Below are positions 20,087-29,657 of a stretch of 64,000 nt of DNA, piece after piece. Location of the stretch: assembly GCA_963422645.2 (NCBI GenBank), contig CAXXVO010000004.1, positions 544,001 to 608,000 of the forward strand. The letters are read 5' to 3'. Position 1 is the stretch's first letter. Each line of letters begins with the position of its first letter. The notes under the pieces are model-generated. The model did no database searches. It worked only from the letters and a program-made list of their open reading frames with translations, and had not been told where the DNA came from. A program made the translations under genes and the position numbers. The DNA is from Alphaproteobacteria bacterium (lineage in GTDB: Bacteria; Pseudomonadota; Alphaproteobacteria; UBA828).

Positions 20087-20678
20087 GCGGCCCGCATCTC
20101 GTCAGCCGGCTACGCGGGACCGCTTCGGACCACATCGGGGAAGTCCACCGCTCGTCTCCGCCGCGCCGACCCTGGCGGTCTCAGCCAACGCCGTGACCTC
20201 GGGGTTGGAGCGTCACCGCGCGTCCCTCGCCAGAATCTGTTTCACGGCAAGCACGGCTGGTTGCGCCAATTCAGTCCGCCTAGCAGAACTCTTTCCATGC
20301 ACGCCCCCAGGGACCCACTCCACGTGTAGCAGGGCACGCTGGCGATCCCGCGCGGCGACTATCTGCTCATCCGCTCGACGAAATGCTCTTCGAAGCCGTT
20401 GCCGGGACCGTGTCCCGGCACTGCACCGGATTTGGAAGAGCCGGACCCTATATGTCGACCGCGGTCATTTCCCGACCGGCTTCCGCCTCGTTTCGCAGGA
20501 CGGCCGGTCGGGCAAGGACGACTGGCCCGGATTTCTCATTACGGTCATGGTCGGCGCGGTGCTGTCGGACCGGCAGGGCAGGAAAGCCGCGCCGCTTGAC
20601 ATCGAACGGATCGGGCCGGAGCCTCCTTACGGACCCGAACTGACTGTCCCCTTGTCGTGGACGACGGACACCCTGCAC

Positions 20679-21473
20679 ATGCCCCTGGCGCAGATCGAAG
20701 GCGGCGACATCCACTACGAGGAGGTCGGCGGCGGCGCGATGCTGGCGATGCTGCTGCCGCTAAGTGGTGGGCCGGTCGGCGTGCGCCTGTTCCACGACCG
20801 GTTGGCGGAACGCTTCCGGGTGGTCCGCTACGACCAGCGCGGCACCGGCCGAAGCGCACCCGTGACCGTGCCCGAGGGCATGACCATGGCGGGCCGCACG
20901 GCGGAGCTTGCGGAGCTTTTCGACGCGCTGGGGATCGACAGAGCGCACCTCTTTTGCCACTCCACCGGCTGCGGCATCGGCCTGTCGCTGTCCGCGGCCT
21001 GCCCGGACCGGGTCGCCGGGTTGGTTCTGGTTAATCCATGGAGCCATGGCGATGCGCATCTGAGGGCGATGCAAGGTCTGCGCGTGGCCGCGGCGCGGGC
21101 GCTTGACCCCTACCGCTACGCCTGGTTCAACGCCAGCCTGCTCTTCCCGCCCGACTACCGCCGCGCGCACGCCGAGGCATTCGAGAAGCTGGCCAAGAAC
21201 GCGGCGCCGCAGGATGCCGACCGGATCGAGGGCAGGCTGGAGGCGATCCTGGCTTTCGACGCTCGCCCGCTGGCGCCGGTCCTGACCTGCCCTACCCTGG
21301 TCGCGACCGCGGCCGATGACCAGCTGATGCCGCCCTGGTTCGGCGCGGAACTAGCGGCGCTGATCCCCGGTGCGACCCACCGCGCGCTGGACGGCGGCGG
21401 CCACATGCTGCCGGAGACGCGCGGCGACGCGCTGGCCAACGCGGTTGCGGACTTTCTCGACACGGTCGCTTGA
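20679..21473 (+). CDS. Alpha/beta hydrolase (RutD-like)
   Basis: IHYEEVGGG, YDQRGTGRS, CHSTG elbow, DDQLMP, GGGHM; ATG 20679 is the likely start. Confidence 0.82.
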   Translation: MPLAQIEGGDIHYEEVGGGAMLAMLLPLSGGPVGVRLFHDRLAERFRVVRYDQRGTGRSAPVTVPEGMTMAGRTAELAELFDALGIDRAHLFCHSTGCGIGLSLSAACPDRVAGLVLVNPWSHGDAHLRAMQGLRVAAARALDPYRYAWFNASLLFPPDYRRAHAEAFEKLAKNAAPQDADRIEGRLEAILAFDARPLAPVLTCPTLVATAADDQLMPPWFGAELAALIPGATHRALDGGGHMLPETRGDALANAVADFLDTVA

Positions 21474-21536
21474 ACCCTTCGGCCTCGTCGGAGTAGCGGC
21501 GCGCCCGCATGTTTTCGGTGGGCCATTGCTACCGCG

Positions 21537-21620
21537 GCAGGCGCAGCACCTGGATTTACTCGCGCTTGCCGCGCGGGCCAAAGCGGGCTTTGCGGAGATG
21601 GCGCAGGGCGTCGAGGTCGG
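21537..21620 (-). pseudogene. Short istA remnant
   Basis: Degenerate match to ~757-844 (ARFGPRGKRE*IQVLRL vs ARFGPRGKREYIQTLRL). Confidence 0.65.
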
Positions 21621-21730
21621 CGAACAGTGCCGCTGTCGCCGTTCGTCGCGCGCTGGAACACGCAGACGCAACTTTCAGATGGAATAGTTGAACGTCATGA
21701 CTCCGATTTAAAGCCCACTGATTGTTGTTA

Positions 21731-22168
21731 GTAACTGCCCAGGTACCCCCTCTCTCTTATGGAACAAGCCAGTTCCTTTTGCGTCAACGCCCCCACGCCG
21801 CGGGGGTGCCTACTCTCTTGAGCGCGAGAGGATGATGAACGCCGCGTCGCGAACAAGATGAGAGGACAGCGATACTCAGGATGAGCCGGAGAAGTTCAGG
21901 AGCGCAGTATAGGGATCAGCTGCATCGGTTCCGGGTGCGCCAGGATTTGCAGGATGTTCCAGCCTTGCTTTCGAGCGGTGACGATGACGCTGCGCATTCC
22001 GGCGAAGTTGCAGGCGCCTTGCAGGGAGCGGAAGCCGCCTGAGATCTTCTCATGCACTTTGTTCATACGGATGTCACGCTCCGCCTCGTTATTCGTGAAC
22101 GGCGTGCGCAGGTCGGTGAGGAAGCGCAGGCAGCCCTCCTTATGCTTTTGAAGGCGGCGCGCGAGGTT
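21731..22168 (-). mobile_element. IS66 right-end remnant (IR plus tnpC 3' end), copy 1
   Basis: Matches 34056-34493 by eye; cut by the unclassified IS. Confidence 0.92.
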
Positions 22169-24684
22169 CAGACTTCCTGACCTCGTGATGCTGGCTGTTC
22201 TGGGCAGCGTGCCGGGAACTCCTTGAATTCTGATACATTTCGGTTGTTTCAGGCGGTTTTTCGCTGGGTGTCGCGCCCGAGGTCTGATATTATAATTTGA
22301 TACCAATTGCACGGTCTCAACCATGCCCAGTACCCTCCCAATGTGCCCTCCAGAGGCGGTCTCGATCGGCAACAGCTGCTTCGCCGTCCTGATCTCGGAC
22401 GACACCTTCACCTACTTTTCCAACCTCATTCCCTTTGACAGCCACGCCGCCGATGACCGCACGGCCATGCTCTTGCGGATCGGCCGCCTCGCGGCGATCA
22501 GCGCGGTCTCGCCGCAGGAACTGGCTGACGCTTTCGCTGTCTCGCGCGCGACGGTGCAGCGCGCACGACGGCGCTACCTGGCCGAGGGCGAAGCGGGGTT
22601 CATGAAGCCCCGGCGCGGTCGCGGGCCGTCGGTGTTCACTCCGGAGTTGGCGGAGAAGGCGACGGCGTTGCTGGCATCGGGCCTGAGCGGCTCTGCGGCG
22701 GCCCGGGTTCTCGGCGTGTCAGCGCCATCGGTCAACAAGTGGCGCCGTCAGGGACTGATCGGCAACACGGAGGCGGATGGGGAGCCCGGACGCTCAGCGC
22801 TGGCTGCGCCGCCTGACGCGGGTGCGGCTCCTGAAGGCCGTGTCGATGAAGAGAGTACCGGTGCCCCGGGGCCGGAGACGGCGCCGGGGCTGGAAGCGCA
22901 GCCGCAAACGGATCGCAGCGCGCGCGATCGGCGGGACCGGCAGGCGCCGATGGGGCGTGCGACTTGCGATGTTCCGGCTCGGGTTCTGGCCAGTTGTGGA
23001 CAGGCGGGGCCGGTCGAACCGCAGTTCGCCGCCGCCGCCCGCGGTGTCCGCTTCGGCGGCGTGCTCGCCGCCCTGCCGGCCCTGCTGAAGGAAGGTCTTC
23101 TCTCCGAGACCGGTCTCCTGCCATTGCTGCCGAAGGGCTATTACGGCTTGCCTACGATCCTGCTCTTCCTGGCCTTCATGACCTTGGCGCGGGTGCGCAA
23201 CCCCGAGAGCCTGCGCTACCAGGCGCCGGGCGAATGGGGCGCCATTCTCGGCCTCGATCGCTGCCCCGAGGTCAAGACGCTGCGCCGCAAGATCGCTCTC
23301 ATCGCCGACGACGAGGCCGGCGTGCGGGCGTGGCAGCTCGCCCTTGCCAGGCGCTGGCAGGCGCCGACGAGCCGGAGCTCTGGGCGACGCTGGCCATCGA
23401 CGGGCACGTCAAGGTCTACTCCGGCCGCAAGGGGCGCTTGCCCAAGCACTTCGTCTCGCGCGAGAAGCTGTGCCTGCCGGCGAGCGCCAGCTACTGGATC
23501 AACGCTCTGGGCGGCAAGCCGCTGCTCTGTCTGCACAAGCCGCTGGACCCGAAGATGGTCGCGGCCATCGAAGCCGACGTGGTGCCGGCGCTGCAGGAGC
23601 TTGGGATCGTTGGCGCCGGGGCGCCGGACCTGACCGCCGAGCATCCCGGCCAGCCGGCGCTCACCCTGGTCTTCGACCGCGAGGGCTGGAGCCCGGATCT
23701 GTTCCGCCGGCTGGCGAGGCGCGGCGTCGCCTGCCTGACCTGGCACAAGAACTTCAGGGGCGAGGACTGGCCGGCCGAGGACTTCGGCGCGATGACCGTT
23801 CCCATTCACGGACCGGCGGCGGACGGCAGCGCCACCATGCGGCTGGCTGAGAAGCCGGTGACGTTGCCGAACGGCTTCAGGGTGCGCCAGATCCGCCGCC
23901 TGCTCGACAACGGCCGTCAGGTGCCGCTGATCACCACCGATCCGCACAAGCCGATGGCTGAGGTTGCGGGCGCCATGTTCTCGCGCTGGTCGCAGGAGAA
24001 CTTCTTCAAGTACATGCGTGACGAGTTCAATCTCGACGCCCTGCCGACCCACGAGCTCGAGCCTCTCGATCCCGCCGCCATGGTCGTCAACCCGCTGCGG
24101 CGGGCCTATGACAAGGCAATCCATCGCCTCGACCGCCAGCTTGGCCGCCTGCGCAACCGCATCGCCGACACGGCCCGGAAGAAGCAGCCGACGGCGGAAC
24201 TCAGGAGGGAAGTCAGGGACCTCCAGGATGTCCGCGACATCGTCAGGGCCAGCCGCAGGGAGACGCCCAAGCACTGCCGGGCCGGCGCGACCTCGACGAA
24301 GCCGAGCAGCTCGATGCCTTGCCCGCGCGCGAGCGCCTCCTCCTCGACGTCATCCGGATGATCGCCTACCGCGCCGAAACCCGCATGATGCTTCCCGTCA
24401 TGCAGGCGCAGGGCCACAAGCCCCATCCCCGGAAACTGCTTCAAGCGCTGCTCACCGCCGATGCCGACATCCTGCCGGATCCTGGCAATGGCCTCCTGCG
24501 GGTCCACATTCTTGGCCTCGCAAACGACGCCTGCGACCGTTGGATCGATGCGGTTCTGAGCGACCTGAACGCCACCGAAACGGTCTTCCCCGGCACCCGT
24601 CTGCGCATAGTCTATGACATCGACGGGGCCTCGGAATCCGCGCGGCTCGTGTCACCTAAAATCAGCAGAGGTCAGGAAGTCTGA
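22168..24684 (+). mobile_element. Unclassified ~2.5-kb IS, copy 1
   Basis: Perfect 17-bp IRs tcagacttcctgacctc / gaggtcaggaagtctga; one large frameshifted transposase. Confidence 0.85.
22323..24684 (+). pseudogene. Large HTH-DDE putative transposase with two frameshifts (~23360, ~24287)
   Basis: Two HTHs; IDGH, VFDREG, RWSQENFFKYMR; split over ORFs 22323, 22964 and 24319. Confidence 0.8.
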
Positions 24685-24983
24685 GTCTACGTGGTACGGA
24701 GCGGTCCCGGATCGTATGGGGCCGTTTCCGGCCGTTCGATTTTGGCGCACATTTTGCGGCTGCTCCGAGTGGCCGACTAGCCCACTCCCCACATCTTGCT
24801 GGCCGGCGGTCGCGCACGTCACCCCAAACGCCCAAGCCAACATTTGGCCACCGCTTCGGCGCAAGTGGATGATTGGATGTGGAAAATTTCAATTGTCCAC
24901 TCTGCCACGCGAGGTGGCAAGAGTGCCATGACCGCGCGCTGGGTGCGCCGGGTACCACCTGCGGGCACCACATTGGATATTTC

Positions 24984-25421
24984 GTAACTGCCCAGGTACC
25001 CCCTCTCTCTTATGGAACAAGCCAGTTCCTTTTGCGTCAACGCCCCCACGCCGCGGGGGTGCCTACTCTCTTGAGCGCGAGAGGATGATGAACGCCGCGT
25101 CGCGAACAAGATGAGAGGACAGCGATACTCAGGATGAGCCGGAGAAGTTCAGGAGCGCAGTATAGGGATCAGCTGCATCGGTTCCGGGTGCGCCAGGATT
25201 TGCAGGATGTTCCAGCCTTGCTTTCGAGCGGTGACGATGACGCTGCGCATTCCGGCGAAGTTGCAGGCGCCTTGCAGGGAGCGGAAGCCGCCTGAGATCT
25301 TCTCATGCACTTTGTTCATACGGATGTCACGCTCCGCCTCGTTATTCGTGAACGGCGTGCGCAGGTCGGTGAGGAAGCGCAGGCAGCCCTCCTTATGCTT
25401 TTGAAGGCGGCGCGCGAGGTT
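24984..25421 (-). mobile_element. IS66 right-end remnant, copy 2
   Basis: gtaactgcccaggtacccc IR plus tnpC 3' end, as in copy 1. Confidence 0.92.
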
Positions 25422-27935
25422 CAGACTTCCTGACCTCGTGATGCTGGCTGTTCTGGGCAGCGTGCCGGGAACTCCTTGAATTCTGATACATTTCGGTTGT
25501 TTCAGGCGGTTTTTCGCTGGGTGTCGCGCCCGAGGTCTGATATTATAATTTGATACCAATTGCACGGTCTCAACCATGCCCAGTACCCTCCCAATGTGCC
25601 CTCCAGAGGCGGTCTCGATCGGCAACAGCTGCTTCGCCGTCCTGATCTCGGACGACACCTTCACCTACTTTTCCAACCTCATTCCCTTTGACAGCCACGC
25701 CGCCGATGACCGCACGGCCATGCTCTTGCGGATCGGCCGCCTCGCGGCGATCAGCGCGGTCTCGCCGCAGGAACTGGCTGACGCTTTCGCTGTCTCGCGC
25801 GCGACGGTGCAGCGCGCACGACGGCGCTACCTGGCCGAGGGCGAAGCGGGGTTCATGAAGCCCCGGCGCGGTCGCGGGCCGTCGGTGTTCACTCCGGAGT
25901 TGGCGGAGAAGGCGACGGCGTTGCTGGCATCGGGCCTGAGCGGCTCTGCGGCGGCCCGGGTTCTCGGCGTGTCAGCGCCATCGGTCAACAAGTGGCGCCG
26001 TCAGGGACTGATCGGCAACACGGAGGCGGATGGGGAGCCCGGACGCTCAGCGCTGGCTGCGCCGCCTGACGCGGGTGCGGCTCCTGAAGGCCGTGTCGAT
26101 GAAGAGAGTACCGGTGCCCCGGGGCCGGAGACGGCGCCGGGGCTGGAAGCGCAGCCGCAAACGGATCGCAGCGCGCGCGATCGGCGGGACCGGCAGGCGC
26201 CGATGGGGCGTGCGACTTGCGATGTTCCGGCTCGGGTTCTGGCCAGTTGTGGACAGGCGGGGCCGGTCGAACCGCAGTTCGCCGCCGCCGCCCGCGGTGT
26301 CCGCTTCGGCGGCGTGCTCGCCGCCCTGCCGGCCCTGCTGAAGGAAGGTCTTCTCTCCGAGACCGGTCTCCTGCCATTGCTGCCGAAGGGCTATTACGGC
26401 TTGCCTACGATCCTGCTCTTCCTGGCCTTCATGACCTTGGCGCGGGTGCGCAACCCCGAGAGCCTGCGCTACCAGGCGCCGGGCGAATGGGGCGCCATTC
26501 TCGGCCTCGATCGCTGCCCCGAGGTCAAGACGCTGCGCCGCAAGATCGCTCTCATCGCCGACGACGAGGCCGGCGTGCGGGCGTGGCAGCTCGCCCTTGC
26601 CAGGCGCTGGCAGGCGCCGACGAGCCGGAGCTCTGGGCGACGCTGGCCATCGACGGGCACGTCAAGGTCTACTCCGGCCGCAAGGGGCGCTTGCCCAAGC
26701 ACTTCGTCTCGCGCGAGAAGCTGTGCCTGCCGGCACGCGCCAGCTACTGGATCAACGCTCTGGGCGGCAAGCCGCTGCTCTGTCTGCACAAGCCGCTGGA
26801 CCCGAAGATGGTCGCGGCCATCGAAGCCGACGTGGTGCCGGCGCTGCAGGAGCTTGGGATCGTTGGCGCCGGGGCGCCGGACCTGACCGCCGAGCATCCC
26901 GGCCAGCCGGCGCTCACCCTGGTCTTCGACCGCGAGGGCTGGAGCCCGGATCTGTTCCGCCGGCTGGCGAGGCGCGGCGTCGCCTGCCTGACCTGGCACA
27001 AGAACTTCAGGGGCGAGGACTGGCCGGCCGAGGACTTCGGCGCGATGACCGTTCCCATTCACGGACCGGCGGCGGACGGCAGCGCCACCATGCGGCTGGC
27101 TGAGAAGCCGGTGACGTTGCCGAACGGCTTCAGGGTGCGCCAGATCCGCCGCCTGCTCGACAACGGCCGTCAGGTGCCGCTGATCACCACCGATCCGCAC
27201 AAGCCGATGGCTGAGGTTGCGGGCGCCATGTTCTCGCGCTGGTCGCAGGAGAACTTCTTCAAGTACATGCGTGACGAGTTCAATCTCGACGCCCTGCCGA
27301 CCCACGAGCTCGAGCCTCTCGATCCCGCCGCCATGGTCGTCAACCCGCTGCGGCGGGCCTATGACAAGGCAATCCATCGCCTCGACCGCCAGCTTGGCCG
27401 CCTGCGCAACCGCATCGCCGACACGGCCCGGAAGAAGCAGCCGACGGCGGAACTCAGGAGGGAAGTCAGGGACCTCCAGGATGTCCGCGACATCGTCAGG
27501 GCCAGCCGCAGGGAGACGCCCAAGCACTGCCGGGCCGGCGACCTCGACGAAGCCGAGCAGCTCGATGCCTTGCCCGCGCGCGAGCGCCTCCTCCTCGACG
27601 TCATCCGGATGATCGCCTACCGCGCCGAAACCCGCATGATGATTCCCGTCATGCAGGCGCAGGGCCACAAGCCCCATCCCCGGAAACTGCTTCAAGCGCT
27701 GCTCACCGCCGATGCCGACATCCTGCCGGATCCTGGCAATGGCCTCCTGCGGGTCCACATTCTTGGCCTCGCAAACGACGCCTGCGACCGTTGGATCGAT
27801 GCGGTTCTGAGCGACCTGAACGCCACCGAAACGGTCTTCCCCGGCACCCGTCTGCGCATAGTCTACGACATCGACGGGGCCTCGGAATCCGCGCGGCTCG
27901 TGTCACCTAAAATCAGCAGAGGTCAGGAAGTCTGA
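25421..27935 (+). mobile_element. Unclassified ~2.5-kb IS, copy 2
   Basis: Same 17-bp IRs; the transposase stop TGA is the last three IR bases. Confidence 0.85.
25576..27935 (+). pseudogene. Large HTH-DDE putative transposase with one frameshift (~26613)
   Basis: ORFs 25576 and 26217 join into ~785 aa if the shift at caggcgccgac is corrected. Confidence 0.8.
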
Positions 27936-28044
27936 ACCTATACAGTCAAGCGGAGATCAACGACGCGCCGACGGCGAAACGGCACCGACGGCAAGCAACA
28001 TCAGCACGCACTCAGAACTGGCGGCGGGGTACCTGGGTAGTTAC
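27936..28044 (-). mobile_element. IS66 left-end remnant (variant)
   Basis: ggggtacctgggtagttac (28026-28044) is identical to 36545-36563, but the inner sequence differs. Confidence 0.8.
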
Positions 28045-28341
28045 CATCTTTGTTGGCATAAGTCTCCAATTGGATTGAGCAAATGTGAAAATAAATTCGT
28101 ATTCTGGCGAAGTATGGCAGTCCTGCTTTGGCGTCCTATACCGGATAGATGGTGCCTTGAGCACAGGCCCGCATAGACACACACTGACGGGCAAGACACG
28201 GTACGACGGTGAAGTAGCCTCGCGCCGTGCATCCTGCGACAGTGCCAGGAAATTCGGCCTTTGTGCCGCAGCGCATGCTGCAACGTTGACGGCGCCACCC
28301 GCCTCGCAGCACGATCTTTGTCAACGGTTAGGGTGAGGACA

Positions 28342-29544
28342 ATGGAGCAACTCAAAAGGATCCAGAACGGCGAGAAGGTCAGGCCGACATTCTCCGCGCA
28401 AGAAATGAACCGGCGGCTCAAGGCCTTGCGCGCCTACATGGCCGAGAAGCAGATCGATGCTTGTCTGTTCACCTCGCATCACAACATCCACTACTTCAGT
28501 GACTTCCTCTACTGCTCCTTCGGCCGCAACTACGGCCTGGTGGTCACGCAGGGGAGCCAGACCACGATCTCGGCCAACATCGACGCAGGTCAGCCATGGC
28601 GGCGCACCTTCGGCGACAACCTCGTCTATACCGACTGGCACCGGGACAACTACTTCGTTGCCGTCAAGCAACTGATTCAGGACGGTGGACGTGTCGGCAT
28701 CGAGTTCGACCGCATCAATGTTGAGAACCTGCGCAAGCTGCAAGGTGCGTTGCCGACAGCGGAACTGGTCGACGTGAGCAAGCCCACCATGCGTATGCGC
28801 ATGGTCAAGTCCGACGAAGAGATTGCCTGGGTCCGAGAGAGCGCCCGCATCGCCGACATCGGCGGCGCGGCCTGCGTGGAGGCAATCGGGGTCGGCGTGC
28901 CGGAATTCGAAGTGGCGCTCCACGCGACTCAAGCCATGGTGCGCGAGATCGGCCAAAGCCAGCCCCATGTGGAGCTGATGGACACCTGGACCTGGTTCCA
29001 GTCCGGCATCAACACCGACGGCGCCCATAACCCCGTGACCTCACGCCGGATCGAGCGCGGCGACATCCTGAGCCTCAATTGCTTCCCCATGCCATCGGGC
29101 TACTACACGGCGCTGGAGCGGACACTCTTCGCCGAGGAATGCTCCGACGAGTACCTGCGGCTCTGGAACATCAATGTCGAAGTGCACGAGGCCGGGATTG
29201 CGCTGATCAAACCGGGCACCCGCTGCTGCGACATCGCCGCCGAGCTCAACACGATTTACGAGCGCTATGGCCTGCTAAAGAACCGCACCTTCGGCTACGG
29301 CCACAGCTTCGGCGTGCTTTGCCACTATTACGGCCGCGAGGCGGGACTTGAGCTTCGCGAGGATGTGCCGACCGTATTGGAGCCCAATATGGTGGTGTCC
29401 ATGGAGCCGATGATCATGATTCCCGAAGGCGAGCCCGGGGCAGGCGGTTACCGCGAGCACGACATCCTGGTAGTGACTAAGGACGGCGCCGAAGACATCA
29501 CCGGCTTCCCCTACGGGCCGGCGCACAACATCGTGTGCGCGTGA
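28342..29544 (+). CDS. Creatinase (creatine amidinohydrolase)
   Basis: NGEKVRPTFSAQEM, SDFLYCSFGR, WFQSGINTDGAHNPVTSR, HYYGREAGLELRED, GYREHDIL, FPYGPAHNI. Confidence 0.93.
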   Translation: MEQLKRIQNGEKVRPTFSAQEMNRRLKALRAYMAEKQIDACLFTSHHNIHYFSDFLYCSFGRNYGLVVTQGSQTTISANIDAGQPWRRTFGDNLVYTDWHRDNYFVAVKQLIQDGGRVGIEFDRINVENLRKLQGALPTAELVDVSKPTMRMRMVKSDEEIAWVRESARIADIGGAACVEAIGVGVPEFEVALHATQAMVREIGQSQPHVELMDTWTWFQSGINTDGAHNPVTSRRIERGDILSLNCFPMPSGYYTALERTLFAEECSDEYLRLWNINVEVHEAGIALIKPGTRCCDIAAELNTIYERYGLLKNRTFGYGHSFGVLCHYYGREAGLELREDVPTVLEPNMVVSMEPMIMIPEGEPGAGGYREHDILVVTKDGAEDITGFPYGPAHNIVCA

Positions 29545-29657
29545 CGAACCGGCCTTACGAAAGCGCCCGTGAGGCCGGCTGGTCGCCCCACCGGGAGGTT
29601 TCATGCTAAGACCAAGCGGCGGCGGGGCAATTCCAAGCGTCACCGGGAAGGGAGGCG

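Larger units (their letters stand above)
18521..20250 (+). mobile_element. IS110-family element
   Basis: Sub-terminal IRs tgaaacag (18522-18529) and ctgtttca (20237-20244); GCA core at both junctions; DEDD recombinase; long 5' non-coding region. Confidence 0.8.
21731..27935. repeat. Direct duplication of a ~2.95-kb unit, period 3253 bp
   Basis: 21731-24684 vs 24984-27935 nearly identical (four differing sites seen); separated by a unique 299-bp spacer. Confidence 0.95.

Noticed and set aside
20193-20678. N-terminal extension of the hydrolase ORF
   Set aside because: It begins inside the IS110 end, and the hydrolase fold starts at ATG 20679. Part of it may be an unidentified gene fragment.
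21896-22411. 171-aa ORF (also 25149-25664)
   Set aside because: A chimera of antisense IS sequence and the tnpC 3' remnant.
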